Source: a virus (lineage: Duplodnaviria > Caudoviricetes). Taken from it: a stretch of DNA of 56,221 bases. The DNA is taken from positions 1 through 56,221 of IMG/VR virus record IMGVR_UViG_3300023184_000158, one strand, 5' to 3'. A program made the translations under genes and the position numbers. Shown one piece after another: positions 25,391 through 37,104 of this stretch. The notes under the pieces were generated by a model. The model had not been told where the DNA came from. It did not search any database and saw only the letters and a list, made by a program, of their open reading frames with translations. Position 1 is the stretch's first letter. Every line of letters begins with the position of its first letter.

Positions 25391-28300
25391 TCAGACCTCC
25401 CAAAGTGGGCCATTTCCCGGATAAACAAAATTATGAGTTGGGTCATACCACTTGACCAGATCAGGCGACGGATAGACGGTTCCGTCCCGCGGAGTGCGCC
25501 CGGTTTCGCCAGTTGTCCAAGATGCAAGAACCTTTGGAGTAGGATCGGCTTTCAGGGCTCCCGCCTTGCGCGTAACCGTTATTCCCTGATAATTGAATCC
25601 ATCAAGTCGTCCAATGTCCACGCGAACTCTTCCGGCTGATCCGGCGCCACCATTCTGTCCATTGTCGTCTCCATCCCATTCGCCCCAATGCGCTTCTTGT
25701 TGAACAGTGGCTTTCAATTGATACGCATTGCCAACCCACGCTTTCTTGACAAAATCCAACCATGGGGTGTCATATAGGTTATCAGTCAGTCCGTTCAATG
25801 TTTTTAACGAAGTGAGGTTGGCATAAGGAATGCTGTCTACCGTTGATGTAGCAGCGTTAGCGTTGTACGTGGGTATTATGGTGGCACTGGCAATAGTTTG
25901 CGTACCACCCCCATTTTTATCGTAGGTTATTGCGTCCCGCACAAATGTCTTAGCCACAATTTCGGCATCAACAAAGGCTTTTGGTGTCCCCGCTGAAGGA
26001 TTTACCGCTGCCCATGCCAAGCTTGCAGCTGTTGTTTCTTTGGCTCCGTTTCCCGAATTGTTGAAAAACTCGAATTTCTTACTTTCAATAATCGGTGTAA
26101 TTTTCATACCAATTATATATGGTGTTGAGCCGTTTGATGTATAGCTTGTTACGCCATTATTTGTTTCTGATCTATAGCTTTCGTAAGAACCGTACTCATA
26201 CGTCGGGGGCAGCCAACCAGTAATTTCGTAATAGTAGAAACAATTCGGCGTAAAACGTTTTTCTGTTCCAAGCGCATCGCTGGTGCCAGTTATTCCTTCA
26301 TCAGAAAATGGTGTAGTGCCGCTTGATCCGGGATCCGCAGCATACGCAAGCTCAGGCGTTGATGAAAAAGCAGTACCGCGCTCCCATTTCTCCGGCCTCC
26401 ATACAGGCCTGGCGTCTCCTTGTAATCCACTTTGTCCGCCATCACCACCGTTGACACTGATGTTTCCCGACACATTTACTGGACCTGATGAAAGATTCAT
26501 GATGATTGGAAGTGATCCATCGCCAGCTTCTTCTCCATGCAAATCAGGAAAATTCCAGTATGCCTGATCCATCAAACACATGGGACTCAGCCCGGGAGCC
26601 AAACCTGATACTTGTGTGCCATACCCTCCGGACAAATTCTCGGCAATAAGCCAGATTGTCCCACCAGATCCGCCTCCTCCGCCACCGCCGCCAGCTGATC
26701 GTGACCATTCCTGATAAGATCCACCATGAGTTGCTCGTCCCTGAGCTCCCGACGCGCCAATTGCCCATATTCGTCCACTTAAGCTCATGTATCGAACAAC
26801 CATTCGTATTGCGCCACCCCCACTTCCGCCTTTTCCGGGATACGTGTCGGTATCTCCACCATCGCCACCCGGAGACCCTAGGTGTTGACTTTCTAGCAAC
26901 ATTGTCCACGGTTTTGTTCTGTTAAATGGAGCGTCATATAATCGATCAAGATCGTAATGAAATGCATTCACATGTATCTTGTTCGATGCAACGTTATCAA
27001 TAAAAACATGACTTTTATTTAATCGCATTTCATTGCCAGAAATGTATTCTATGTATGTTTCAGCGTCCAGTTGACCGGTATTATTCCCAGAACCAGAAAC
27101 ATTTTTTTCCAATCCTTGTCCGGGAATAAAGCCAAGCGCCTTGGCGTCTGTTGCGGTGCGGACAGTTTGCGGATCAACAAGGGTTACCGGAATGTTTTGT
27201 GGTCCCGCTATCCGAGCTGCTCCTCCCGATACTGCGCCGGAGCTAGCGCCTTGTGTGGCGTGTCCACCACCTCCTCCTCCATTGATGGTTCCAGTTGGCG
27301 TTGTTGGAGCAGCATATGTCCGGCGATCACCTTCGTAGTCGGAAACCAATCCCGATGGGCAATATTGCGTAGATTGTGTATTGTTTGTGAAATGAGGATA
27401 TGATGTGCTTGGTAGAACCGTCATGAATTGTTCTACGCGAAAGTCTGCTGCCCTAGGAATCTCAAGTCTTCCCCAAGGCTTCACAGTTACGTTAGAAAAA
27501 AAAGCGGTTGTTCCACCAACCGACGAAACGGTATATTTTGCAGCAAAAAAATGAACATTGATTTTGAAATTGCTAGGATTACGCACCCTGAATTGCCTAG
27601 ATGCATCAATTCCATTTGGAAAGTACTCTTGCATTCCAGTCAATAACTCAGATCCACTCTTATATGTCATGTATTCTTTATCAACCGTCTTATCTTCAAT
27701 GATCAATTTTTCGTAGGCTGAGGATTCGACATTCGTGTTCCTGCAGGCAACTACGGCAACTGAGTGTACTGTGTCTGTGACCGCTTTTCCCTGTCCTGCT
27801 CTTGGCCCATACAAAGAACTGGTATTGTCAGATGCACCTCCTCGCCAATTTCCCTTTGCAGAAACAAATCCGTATTTTGCAACTGCCAAAGGACCCGGCT
27901 TTGTGGGCACATCATTCCAAGCGTAATAAACCCCAAACTGAGGCAGTACGTCTATTGCTGTGCCGTTAATGGACCAATTTGAATATGGACTTTCAGAGGA
28001 AAAAGATTTTGAAATTGTGACACCAGTGGTTGTCATTGTAAAGGGTTGATTAGGCCAAGTAAATTTTGCGTTATTATCACCCCAATTGTTGCCAGTGCCG
28101 CCATGTTGCCCTCTCCAAGGATTGAACCTAGCCTCATCCGGATTTGGATCCGCCTCTGCCGAATTTGGTGGAGGGGCGACAAGTCCCCAGCCATTGTAAT
28201 GTCCACCCCACCGTCCAGACCATTGCACAGCTTCTTTAATTATTCTTTTTCTTCTCCATACCTTCATTGTTGGTCCGCGAGTCTGGAATACATTTGCCGG

Positions 28301-28594
28301 ATACAGATATGTTCTATCGAGAGTATCGGTAGTATTGCAATCAAGGGTAAAAACTGGTGTCCAAGGATCTGTTGAACTTGCCCTACTTTCCAATACGACA
28401 ATGCTTCCGTAAGTAATGTCGGGACGCTTGATGACCATTGTCAGATTGCTGAAATTTGGCGGCACAACCTTTTCTACGCTGCTCGCTCCTGCCTCCAAAA
28501 CGCCGTCATAAAAATCATACGGAACCGTAAGGTTTCCGGCCTCTCCGTGCCCAAAATTTATCAATCCACCTAATCTTGGAATATTAAGTCCCAT
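25391..28594 (-). CDS. Large virion/tail protein with glycine-rich domain
   Basis: 1067 aa; GGSGGGAI and GGGGGGGGSGGTIWL polyglycine motifs; at the end of the tail operon. Confidence 0.7.
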   Translation of the reverse strand: MGLNIPRLGGLINFGHGEAGNLTVPYDFYDGVLEAGASSVEKVVPPNFSNLTMVIKRPDITYGSIVVLESRASSTDPWTPVFTLDCNTTDTLDRTYLYPANVFQTRGPTMKVWRRKRIIKEAVQWSGRWGGHYNGWGLVAPPPNSAEADPNPDEARFNPWRGQHGGTGNNWGDNNAKFTWPNQPFTMTTTGVTISKSFSSESPYSNWSINGTAIDVLPQFGVYYAWNDVPTKPGPLAVAKYGFVSAKGNWRGGASDNTSSLYGPRAGQGKAVTDTVHSVAVVACRNTNVESSAYEKLIIEDKTVDKEYMTYKSGSELLTGMQEYFPNGIDASRQFRVRNPSNFKINVHFFAAKYTVSSVGGTTAFFSNVTVKPWGRLEIPRAADFRVEQFMTVLPSTSYPHFTNNTQSTQYCPSGLVSDYEGDRRTYAAPTTPTGTINGGGGGGHATQGASSGAVSGGAARIAGPQNIPVTLVDPQTVRTATDAKALGFIPGQGLEKNVSGSGNNTGQLDAETYIEYISGNEMRLNKSHVFIDNVASNKIHVNAFHYDLDRLYDAPFNRTKPWTMLLESQHLGSPGGDGGDTDTYPGKGGSGGGAIRMVVRYMSLSGRIWAIGASGAQGRATHGGSYQEWSRSAGGGGGGGGSGGTIWLIAENLSGGYGTQVSGLAPGLSPMCLMDQAYWNFPDLHGEEAGDGSLPIIMNLSSGPVNVSGNISVNGGDGGQSGLQGDARPVWRPEKWERGTAFSSTPELAYAADPGSSGTTPFSDEGITGTSDALGTEKRFTPNCFYYYEITGWLPPTYEYGSYESYRSETNNGVTSYTSNGSTPYIIGMKITPIIESKKFEFFNNSGNGAKETTAASLAWAAVNPSAGTPKAFVDAEIVAKTFVRDAITYDKNGGGTQTIASATIIPTYNANAATSTVDSIPYANLTSLKTLNGLTDNLYDTPWLDFVKKAWVGNAYQLKATVQQEAHWGEWDGDDNGQNGGAGSAGRVRVDIGRLDGFNYQGITVTRKAGALKADPTPKVLASWTTGETGRTPRDGTVYPSPDLVKWYDPTHNFVYPGNGPLWEV

Positions 28595-29615
28595 TTGACA
28601 CTATCTCCAATCCGTGAGTGATGTGTATTTTGTCAAGGATTTTTCTTTCTATTTCAGCATCAGAATTTGATGCAATATTTTCCAGCAGATGAACTTTCAT
28701 TCTGGATTGAGAAACGGGATCAATGACCATTGCCATGAAGTGATCAAGTCCTATTTCAAAAAGGGTGATGTCAACAGTGCGATGAATTGTTCTCGGCTCA
28801 TTGACAATAGGTTCCATGAGTCCATGGCCTTCTGCTCCTGAAAACACACCCGCCCCACCCCAAAAACGCATCATTGGCATTTCCATTTGCGGAATGCATC
28901 GAAGATAGATATACCCGCCGCCACCACCGCCGCCTTGTGATCCAGTCTTCTCGCCTCGCCCTCCGGGCCCACCGTTTCCTCCATTTGCAAAAAACAAAGC
29001 GGCGCGTCCAATGAGATGTCTCGTGATAATATGTATTTTTCCTCCGCTTCCTCCGCCACCTCCGCCTGACCCATACATACTGGATTGGCCTTCTTTCCCA
29101 TCACTTCCAGACATGTCAATGCATGATTCATATCCTAGATGCATTGCGGAAGCTTCGATAACAATTGAAGCTCCACCAAGTCCTTGTCCTCCTCCAATTC
29201 CTGATGGGTATCCATTCCCGCCAATTGTGCCGCTTTCTCCTTGGCTATCATCATGCAATGATCCGCGCAAAACACGGTGATCCAAACGGTTGGGACGCAC
29301 AGGTTTTCCTCTTCCCGGTCCCCCAAGGCCTCCCATGCCTGCGTGAGTGCCTCCTTGACCGCCTCCTCCACTGGAAAACCCATACCGGTCGCGATATGCG
29401 TGAAATCCAGAAACAGGATTGGTCAGCATCACCGAGCTTGTTCCCTTTCCGTTGATCAGTGATTGCTTGCCCATGACAAATGTCTTGCAGGAAATTTTTG
29501 CGCTATTGAGTATTTCCACACACACATTGTCCTGTATCTCAAAATGATCCACATCAATGACAATGTCTTCTTCTAGAACAGTGTTTTTCTCAATAACATA
29601 GTCTTTCATGATCAT
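28584..29615 (-). CDS. Glycine-rich domain protein, tail associated
   Basis: Repeated GGGGGGSGGKIHI and ANGGNGG motifs. Confidence 0.7.
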   Translation of the reverse strand: MIMKDYVIEKNTVLEEDIVIDVDHFEIQDNVCVEILNSAKISCKTFVMGKQSLINGKGTSSVMLTNPVSGFHAYRDRYGFSSGGGGQGGTHAGMGGLGGPGRGKPVRPNRLDHRVLRGSLHDDSQGESGTIGGNGYPSGIGGGQGLGGASIVIEASAMHLGYESCIDMSGSDGKEGQSSMYGSGGGGGGSGGKIHIITRHLIGRAALFFANGGNGGPGGRGEKTGSQGGGGGGGYIYLRCIPQMEMPMMRFWGGAGVFSGAEGHGLMEPIVNEPRTIHRTVDITLFEIGLDHFMAMVIDPVSQSRMKVHLLENIASNSDAEIERKILDKIHITHGLEIVSNGT

Positions 29616-30121
29616 TCATGTACCAATGACTCAATAAGCTGTGCAATGACATCCAAAGATGCTCCGATTGGTATAGACAGAATACCTGATATGACTCCTT
29701 TTTCAAATCTCATGGTTGCGTCCCACAGCGCGGGATTTGCGCTGAAGCCGCAACCACCAGCCCATTTGTTGCAATGGTTCCACTCGTTTTCTCCATCGCT
29801 GTCCCAAAGCAATACCGTGTCCACTATCTGATGCTCCAGTGATTGCACTGGGACAGATATTTTATTAAACGCAACAAATGAGGCAAGATCCTTCTCTGCA
29901 ACCAAATCCGCAGGAACTCCCGGCAAATGCGTATCCCCCAATGAATATTGAAAAAGATTATGATTGAGTGCATTTGATACTGAATGATATTCCGGACAGC
30001 CATTCTTGCATGCATCAATGGGAGCAGTATCTGCAAAAAAATATTTCACGTTTGATTGATCAATATATTTTATTGAAATGGAATGCCGCGAGGGCAGCTG
30101 CAAAAATACATCATCAATCAT
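29612..30121 (-). CDS. Hypothetical protein
   Basis: AAGGAG RBS; ATGA coupling to the next gene. Confidence 0.65.
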   Translation of the reverse strand: MIDDVFLQLPSRHSISIKYIDQSNVKYFFADTAPIDACKNGCPEYHSVSNALNHNLFQYSLGDTHLPGVPADLVAEKDLASFVAFNKISVPVQSLEHQIVDTVLLWDSDGENEWNHCNKWAGGCGFSANPALWDATMRFEKGVISGILSIPIGASLDVIAQLIESLVHE

Positions 30122-30135
30122 CGATTACTCCTTTT

Positions 30136-33100
30136 CTAGCTATTAAACAACGGTCCAGTTTCATTTCCAAACTCCAAGATAAGATTCAGAACAAATGCGG
30201 TTCCTGCAAAGGTGTCAGCAACATTTCCTACTGCTGCACCATTTCTTTGAAGTCGAATACCCAGCAAATCGCCAGGTCTTGCATTCATGTTGGGAAATTC
30301 TACCGGCGTCCAAGTAAGTTTTGTTTCCGTAAGTACAGCCCCATACGTGGTGTCCCAGTTCACCTGATGTGCTGTGCCGCCGGAATTAATGCTTACGGGT
30401 ACTCTTGAGGGACGATTAGCTGCTACTCCTGCAACGCCGCCGGTGGTTGATCCAGCAACTGGACTAACGGCTGCAACAAACACCTCCCAGTTCACGGTTC
30501 CAGTGCGAGCTGCAAAATTTTGAGTAGAAGTATTATCTCCATACCAGATAATTCTTACAGTAATTGTCATGTCTGGGGTGTAGTTATATGGCAAACTTAT
30601 GGTTGAATCTGCGTATAGATTATAACCATCTTGGTATATAAGCTCATGACGATTCCATCCTATGCTCGTAACTCCATCGGGAGCACCATTTGCAGCACGT
30701 TGTTGAATCATTGGCGCACTTGTAATGTCACCAGGAGGAACCACAAAACTTTGTGCGGGAATGGAAACTCTTGGGGCAAACAATCCAGCAACGCCAGTTC
30801 CTTTGCCAATGATTGCTCCAGATGCCCAAATCACCACATCATCTGCCACACTTCCAAGACTGGTAGTAGTGTCTAAAACAGCATCGCTGGCATCATTTTG
30901 TGTTCCGATGATTAACCGAGAACGCTCTGCTGCTTCACCTAATGTAATGGTATCCTGATATTGAATATATCCATAATCGCTGCCAGAATTATTCTTGGAC
31001 CTGAAAACGATGCTGCTTGCTCCACCTTGATCGCCATGCTCAAGGATCAATGTTCCTTTAGGTTTGTTGTTATCCAGTGTGGGAGCACCGGTAGCCGATA
31101 TTGCAGTCGATATTGCAACGGTACCTGTTGCCTCGTAAAGATGCAGAAGTGCACTTGGAGCAGTAGTTGCAGGGAAATAATTATCTGAAATTCCTACGTT
31201 TCCGTTATTTGCAATGTACATCTTGCTTCTCAAAGATGTTTCAGATACTACATATGAACGGAAGTGAAGATCCTTGAATTCAATGCTTCCGGTATTCCAC
31301 GTTGAATCATTTCTTGCCACAAAACCAAGACGGTATTCATTTGCAATGCGGTCAAATTTTCCTTTCAGTCCGCCAGATACGTCAGTTACGTTCACGGTAA
31401 CAGGTACTGTCAAAGTAGGAGTTCCTACAAAGGTGATCGTTTTTAAGACGTAGTCAACAGAGTCGATAATATACGCAATCGAATTTATGGTGAATGTTTG
31501 GCCAGCAAGAAATCCATAGACTCCGCTGTATGTTGTGTTTGTTGGGGCACTAAGAACAGTCTTGCCTGAGACAACAGTAGCAACAGAAAACGTCCCCATC
31601 AATGATGGAAGCGCCGTGTATGTGCCCAGTCTCCACGGCTTGTCCGTTGTGCCCTGATATACCTCAAAGATGTTTTGCGGGGTGGTATTCAAGAATGAAG
31701 TTGCTGGAGTAGTTGCGGTTGGGGTGATTTCCATGCCGTTTACTGTGACATTGGCATCAAAATCCACGCGTTTGTTATAAAGCAACAAACTGTCAGCGTT
31801 GGAAAAATCTGTCAGAACAAAGGTCTGAAAGTTTGGAGACAGCGTTCCCGGCTGTCCGGGTTTGCCAACTTGCGTTGCTCCTCCCGAAAGCTCGGCAAAC
31901 CCCGAGGTGCCTAGCGGAACAGCGGATACCGCAAAGGAACGCAGAGCGTAATTATTTGTGCGGTCTCCACCAATGACATTGCTGGAAAGAATCCAATTCA
32001 TGCCTCCCAGCGCTGATCCAGCAATAACGCTGGAATCATTTCTCGCCTGAAATGTCAATGTTCTTTTTACTTGAGCAATATTATTTAATGTGGATCCAAT
32101 TTGCGCATTTGGATACATTATTACTTTGCTTACTGATCCATATTCAGTGTTGCCAATTGCTGTTCGTTGAGCTTGTATTGCAAATCCATTGTAAGTATCC
32201 ATGGTTGATGTGCTAAGTGCAATGGTGTAATGTCCAGCTCCGGAGGAATCACTTGCTTGTGTAAGATATGTATTCCATTTATTCATGGAGCCGGTTTCAT
32301 AAATATACGGAGTAGTAACGGTGTCGTTTGGATTGTTATTGTTAGGGTTTACACTTCGTTGCATAAGGGATATCATTGGTCGGGCTGATTGATTGGTCGA
32401 CCATATTTCCACAAGAGCATCATTAGGGGTTCCGGATGTAGCGACAATATTGGTAAACTCTGCTTTGCCTTTGTTCATGAGAATCCCATCTTCAAACAAG
32501 GATTTTCCCATGACACGAAGTTTTCTTGGTTGATCTCCCATTGTTCGAAGTATGTTTTGAGCATTCATAAGATCGGAAACTTGCGCAATATTGGATCCGT
32601 ATTGAAGCGTTCCTATGGTAACGTGCCCAGAATTGTATCCGCGCAGAAATTCGGTCATGTATCTAGTCTGCGTATTGTTGTCTGTGGCATATCCTCCCAT
32701 ATATCGCGCTTCAAGAGAAAGGTACCCATTCCTGTCTCCTGGTGTAGTATTGACTTTCCCACCTCGAATTCCACCAAAAACTGCGTAGTCTGATCCCGAA
32801 TACGTAACTTTGCCTCCAAAAACTATACGACCGCCAACATCAGGAAGGATGTTTTCCGTGGCCAGAGGACTTTTTGCGATCATTTGTTGGGGATTAGATG
32901 GACTTCCAATAGAGGTAACAACCGTTGATTGATTTGTATCGCTTATATATTTTATGGTTACATAATTTCTTTGGACAGAACCAACAGTAGTAGAAATCAC
33001 ATTTGATGTTGCCTCAAATGTTGCTGTGCCCGTTGATGTGCTCACTGTAATGATCGACCCTTTTGATGTGTCATTGACCGTAAAAAGGCCCAAAGCATCT

Positions 33101-36100
33101 GTGTTTCCACTTGTTATCGTGAGCCAATTTCCTCCTGAAAGTCGATTTTCTGCAGAAATATATCCAGAAAATGTAGACTGAGTGTTGTTCACTTGGGAAT
33201 TGTAAATATCGGTATCCCATATTGCCAAGGCAGATTTAAGCGCATCAGCTCCTTGCAATTTGGCGACGCTAGCTTCGCTTGTGTCCCCAACAAGGTTATC
33301 CCGTTGCTTTCCGGCAGGCCCTGTCAATCCAAAAAATTCCGTTGCTGTTCCAACTCGTCTGTCTCTGAAAGAGGCTCCGTCAGTGTCTGCTGGAGGCGCA
33401 CCAAAGCTGACACCCACAGGAATGTTGGTAGGCCAACCATGCGTGTGATCTCCACGTGAAACGGTCAATGATGAACCAATTGTTGGTGCGCCGAGAGAAG
33501 ATGGCAAAAGAGAGGATGCTGCATTCTGATATTGTTCTCGCTCGTGTCGGTGATCGCGTCTTGCTGCAATATTTGAACGTCCTTCCACCCACACATCTGA
33601 CGGAAGTGACGCTTGTTTCATGAAATTTGATTGCGCTGTTTGATCATTCCTGATCATCTGCGCAGATGTGGAAAGGTGCCTATCCCCACTGTTGATGAAC
33701 GTTTTTTGTTCATTTCCAATATTTGTGATTGAAGACGAAAACACAAGATTAAGCTTGTCTACAGTTAATCCAAGAATGGGGTAATTTACGGTAAGGTAAG
33801 GAGTATCCGCACTTGTTGACAAATTGACAACTTCAATAAAATTTTGCCTAGTTGTTGGGCGCGGATTGTTTGTAACGGGGTAGTTTGATCCACTTTCAAA
33901 CACAGCAACTGATGTAATTTGGCCGGTGGTACCGGTAGTGGTAACCCCTGTTACTCTAACTGAGCCCCTAGTTCCTGATCCATATCCATTGACGGTAAGG
34001 ACATCGCCTACTTGGTATCCAGATCCACCATTGGCAACCGTTATTGCTCCCGAAGCGGTCGGCAATTGTCCATCTATCACAGTACATTGAAATGTTGCAG
34101 CATTTGTAAAATCTGCCCCCGAAAACATGTGTCTTAGCACATAACGTATTTTGGCTTGATCGTTGACGGGTCCAGCGACCGCATCCGTCACAATCATCCT
34201 TGGCGCTATACTGGCAAATTTTTGGAATTCTTCATAGAAAGAAAGCGTAAATTCTTTTACGGCAACGTTATTGACTTGAATCTTTGATTCCACGCCAATT
34301 TTTTCCAAAAAGTTAAGGTTATTCAAAGCAGCATTGGCTGTAATGCTTTTCCAAACCGCTGAAGATTTTGTATTGAAAGAGAATCCAGTGTTTGTTGAGT
34401 ATCGTATTTCTGCTCCATTGACGGACACATCGCTTACTACTGATCCAACGGTCAGTGTTCCCAAATTTTTTACTTCATTTTCCATTGCCGAGGCAAGACT
34501 CGTCAACGTTGTTGCACCGGTAACCGTAACTGTTGCGGTTTTGTCGTTGTCAGTGGAAGAAGGAAGTCCTACTGTTATTGATATCGTAAAAGTTCCGGTA
34601 TTTGTCACAGAAAAAGGTTCATTTGATAATGTACTGTCACCAGACATGCCGGAAATGACCGTTGTTCCTGTTTGTGGCTGCGTATTGTACACTCGTCCCG
34701 CAATAAAATAGTATTTTGGAGAAAGTGTGTCATACGAAAGATTGAACGCATCGAGTGCTCCAGATATTGTCAAGTCAAACGTGTCTGTGGAATCGTTCAT
34801 TTGCCCAGAGAGATTGATCAATGGTCCCCTGATAAAATTGATTGATCGCGCTTTTGGATATGAGTTCCTTGTTGTCGACCCTGTCGTGTCAACAACGGAA
34901 GAATTGACACGCAATTCCACTCTGGCATTTGCGTTGATGTTTCCAGTAATGTCAACTCCATTGATCTGATCTGTTTTTCCGTTGATAATTCCGGATTTCA
35001 AAATTGCTTTTTCAGCGGCGATGTATGAAGTTCGCAGTTGCTTGATTCGGCTTGTTTTGTATTTTGTTGTAGCCACAAGTGCAGGAGAATACATTCCGGC
35101 CGCAAGAGAAGGACTGAACGCCGAAAGTGTTCCGACGCAACCTACTTGCGCCCCAAGGGTTGTTTCGATTCGCAAAACAACATTTGATATGCCAGCAATT
35201 CCGGAGATCGTAAATGAATTGTCATCATTGGAAACTGTTACAACAGTGACTGTCGAACTTGTGGTAATTGATCCCTCGGACCATACAACAGAAATCCTGT
35301 CTCCATTTGAAATTCCAGCTACATCCGAATTTGGGCCACAAGTAAATGTGACAATATTGCTTGCTACCGAAAGTAATCCGGAAACCTGTTTTGTCCCAGA
35401 GCTTAACGTTGCTACCGTTGCGGTTGATGTGGTTGATCCGTTAACAACAACAACCTCGTCTCCAACGTGATATCCAGACCCACCGTTGAGGATTTGAATA
35501 GTGTTTCCAGTGATTTTTATCTTCAGTCCGGTTCCTCCGGCCAATCCGGGGTTTATCAGATCGTTGTTTTGCGAATATCCGACAATCAATCGTCTCTGAA
35601 CAAAAGCGTCGAGAGACGCCTCAATTGATCCTGACACGACAAGTCCGTTTTCCGCAATGGCGCTCGCTTCCCATTGTCTGATTTTTGTGGTTTGAAAAGA
35701 TGTGGAATCCTTGAAAAATTGACCAATATTTGTTGCGCCCACGGAAACGATGAGAGAATCCGTGTTGCTTGTGTCCAAATACGAAAACCCCGTCTTTTTG
35801 TTCTTGGTTGAAGTTGCCGAATAAAAAGTTAATGATGGCAGTGCCGCAGTACCTGCATCTTGCACTAACACCCTGCTTGGAATGACATAGCCTACATTCC
35901 CAGTCTTGTCATCTGTAGTCAGATACATATCAGCAGGGAAATTGGGACGACCAAGAAGAGGATCTTGCTGTGTAGCTATAGTTATCCTGTCCCATCTCTT
36001 TCCAGTATCTCCGTCAAATCCATCATATCCTTCATTAATAAGTAAATGAACATGAGTGCCAATTTGTGCGGATCCACCAGCAATAACTGATCCGGTTTTG

Positions 36101-37089
36101 ATGCCAACAACGTGGGAAAGATCATCGTATATCCAATTCCCATTTACGCTGGTGTGGTACGCCATGCAGATTGGAATTCCGTAGACTCTTCCATCTACAG
36201 TGTTAAGAATTTTTGCATCATTTGCCGTCCCCCTCCCGGCAATGTAAAGATATTCATCCCTTGGCGAAGAAAAATCAACGAGGCTATTCTTTACTGAATT
36301 TTCATACGAGGTGCCAATTGATTCAGTTACCGGATAATCACTGGATCGATAGAAAACATAGGTTGATTGATCAACTGACCTCCCGCCTCTTGCAAGAACT
36401 TCTCCGTTGCCACCAAAAGTTGTGATGCTTGGTCCAAATCCAAGAGAATTAGTCGCTCTGTTTTCAATTTTGGTGCTTCGTATTCTCCACCGAAGTTGCA
36501 CCCGACGAGAAGTCTCCGCTCCATAGATAGGATCGATAATATTGTTGTATGGGTTTGTCGCTGTGTTCCTGTTTTCTTCCCCACCATATGGGTCAACTTG
36601 ATAGGTCTTTTTTTGCTGATCTCCAGCCGAAACAATTTCGTTTTGAACAGTTACTGGCGTGATTTCTTCGTACCAGAACTCCAGCCAGAAAAAATTGCCA
36701 AACGGCGCAGTAACCGCAAGATTGCCTGTATTAGCTGTATAAACAGAAGATTTTTGCAGCCCCGCATTCGTTGTTCCGCGGACTTTTATGGTCCTGCCAT
36801 AAAGGTTTATATCGCAAGGATATGGCAGGGCTAGAATCCCAGCGTTGCTTATTGTGAATCCCGGTGTTTTGAAAAATCCGGAACCATCAAAGATATTGTT
36901 TGCCAAACTGCCAATGCTGTTCCTCAAGATATTTTGCAAGACATTAAGATCAAAATCCATGACGCTTTTCCCTTGCTGGAATAGCACGGATTCCCATGAA
37001 TGAATAGTGGAATCTATCTCATTGATTCTGCTTACTCTTGACGGATCGTATCCCAAATATGCATTGACTGGTTTCATTTTGTTCTCCAA
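30136..37089 (-). CDS. Very large tail fibre or baseplate-attached protein (2317 aa)
   Basis: Follows the baseplate wedge genes. N-terminal VLFQQGKSVMDFDLNVLQ and GAETSRRVQLRWRIR resemble fibre anchors; S/T/G-rich beta composition; GGSGY repeats. Confidence 0.75.
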   Translation of the reverse strand: MENKMKPVNAYLGYDPSRVSRINEIDSTIHSWESVLFQQGKSVMDFDLNVLQNILRNSIGSLANNIFDGSGFFKTPGFTISNAGILALPYPCDINLYGRTIKVRGTTNAGLQKSSVYTANTGNLAVTAPFGNFFWLEFWYEEITPVTVQNEIVSAGDQQKKTYQVDPYGGEENRNTATNPYNNIIDPIYGAETSRRVQLRWRIRSTKIENRATNSLGFGPSITTFGGNGEVLARGGRSVDQSTYVFYRSSDYPVTESIGTSYENSVKNSLVDFSSPRDEYLYIAGRGTANDAKILNTVDGRVYGIPICMAYHTSVNGNWIYDDLSHVVGIKTGSVIAGGSAQIGTHVHLLINEGYDGFDGDTGKRWDRITIATQQDPLLGRPNFPADMYLTTDDKTGNVGYVIPSRVLVQDAGTAALPSLTFYSATSTKNKKTGFSYLDTSNTDSLIVSVGATNIGQFFKDSTSFQTTKIRQWEASAIAENGLVVSGSIEASLDAFVQRRLIVGYSQNNDLINPGLAGGTGLKIKITGNTIQILNGGSGYHVGDEVVVVNGSTTSTATVATLSSGTKQVSGLLSVASNIVTFTCGPNSDVAGISNGDRISVVWSEGSITTSSTVTVVTVSNDDNSFTISGIAGISNVVLRIETTLGAQVGCVGTLSAFSPSLAAGMYSPALVATTKYKTSRIKQLRTSYIAAEKAILKSGIINGKTDQINGVDITGNINANARVELRVNSSVVDTTGSTTRNSYPKARSINFIRGPLINLSGQMNDSTDTFDLTISGALDAFNLSYDTLSPKYYFIAGRVYNTQPQTGTTVISGMSGDSTLSNEPFSVTNTGTFTISITVGLPSSTDNDKTATVTVTGATTLTSLASAMENEVKNLGTLTVGSVVSDVSVNGAEIRYSTNTGFSFNTKSSAVWKSITANAALNNLNFLEKIGVESKIQVNNVAVKEFTLSFYEEFQKFASIAPRMIVTDAVAGPVNDQAKIRYVLRHMFSGADFTNAATFQCTVIDGQLPTASGAITVANGGSGYQVGDVLTVNGYGSGTRGSVRVTGVTTTGTTGQITSVAVFESGSNYPVTNNPRPTTRQNFIEVVNLSTSADTPYLTVNYPILGLTVDKLNLVFSSSITNIGNEQKTFINSGDRHLSTSAQMIRNDQTAQSNFMKQASLPSDVWVEGRSNIAARRDHRHEREQYQNAASSLLPSSLGAPTIGSSLTVSRGDHTHGWPTNIPVGVSFGAPPADTDGASFRDRRVGTATEFFGLTGPAGKQRDNLVGDTSEASVAKLQGADALKSALAIWDTDIYNSQVNNTQSTFSGYISAENRLSGGNWLTITSGNTDALGLFTVNDTSKGSIITVSTSTGTATFEATSNVISTTVGSVQRNYVTIKYISDTNQSTVVTSIGSPSNPQQMIAKSPLATENILPDVGGRIVFGGKVTYSGSDYAVFGGIRGGKVNTTPGDRNGYLSLEARYMGGYATDNNTQTRYMTEFLRGYNSGHVTIGTLQYGSNIAQVSDLMNAQNILRTMGDQPRKLRVMGKSLFEDGILMNKGKAEFTNIVATSGTPNDALVEIWSTNQSARPMISLMQRSVNPNNNNPNDTVTTPYIYETGSMNKWNTYLTQASDSSGAGHYTIALSTSTMDTYNGFAIQAQRTAIGNTEYGSVSKVIMYPNAQIGSTLNNIAQVKRTLTFQARNDSSVIAGSALGGMNWILSSNVIGGDRTNNYALRSFAVSAVPLGTSGFAELSGGATQVGKPGQPGTLSPNFQTFVLTDFSNADSLLLYNKRVDFDANVTVNGMEITPTATTPATSFLNTTPQNIFEVYQGTTDKPWRLGTYTALPSLMGTFSVATVVSGKTVLSAPTNTTYSGVYGFLAGQTFTINSIAYIIDSVDYVLKTITFVGTPTLTVPVTVNVTDVSGGLKGKFDRIANEYRLGFVARNDSTWNTGSIEFKDLHFRSYVVSETSLRSKMYIANNGNVGISDNYFPATTAPSALLHLYEATGTVAISTAISATGAPTLDNNKPKGTLILEHGDQGGASSIVFRSKNNSGSDYGYIQYQDTITLGEAAERSRLIIGTQNDASDAVLDTTTSLGSVADDVVIWASGAIIGKGTGVAGLFAPRVSIPAQSFVVPPGDITSAPMIQQRAANGAPDGVTSIGWNRHELIYQDGYNLYADSTISLPYNYTPDMTITVRIIWYGDNTSTQNFAARTGTVNWEVFVAAVSPVAGSTTGGVAGVAANRPSRVPVSINSGGTAHQVNWDTTYGAVLTETKLTWTPVEFPNMNARPGDLLGIRLQRNGAAVGNVADTFAGTAFVLNLILEFGNETGPLFNS

Positions 37090-37104
37090 ATTTCGTTGCT
37101 ATTG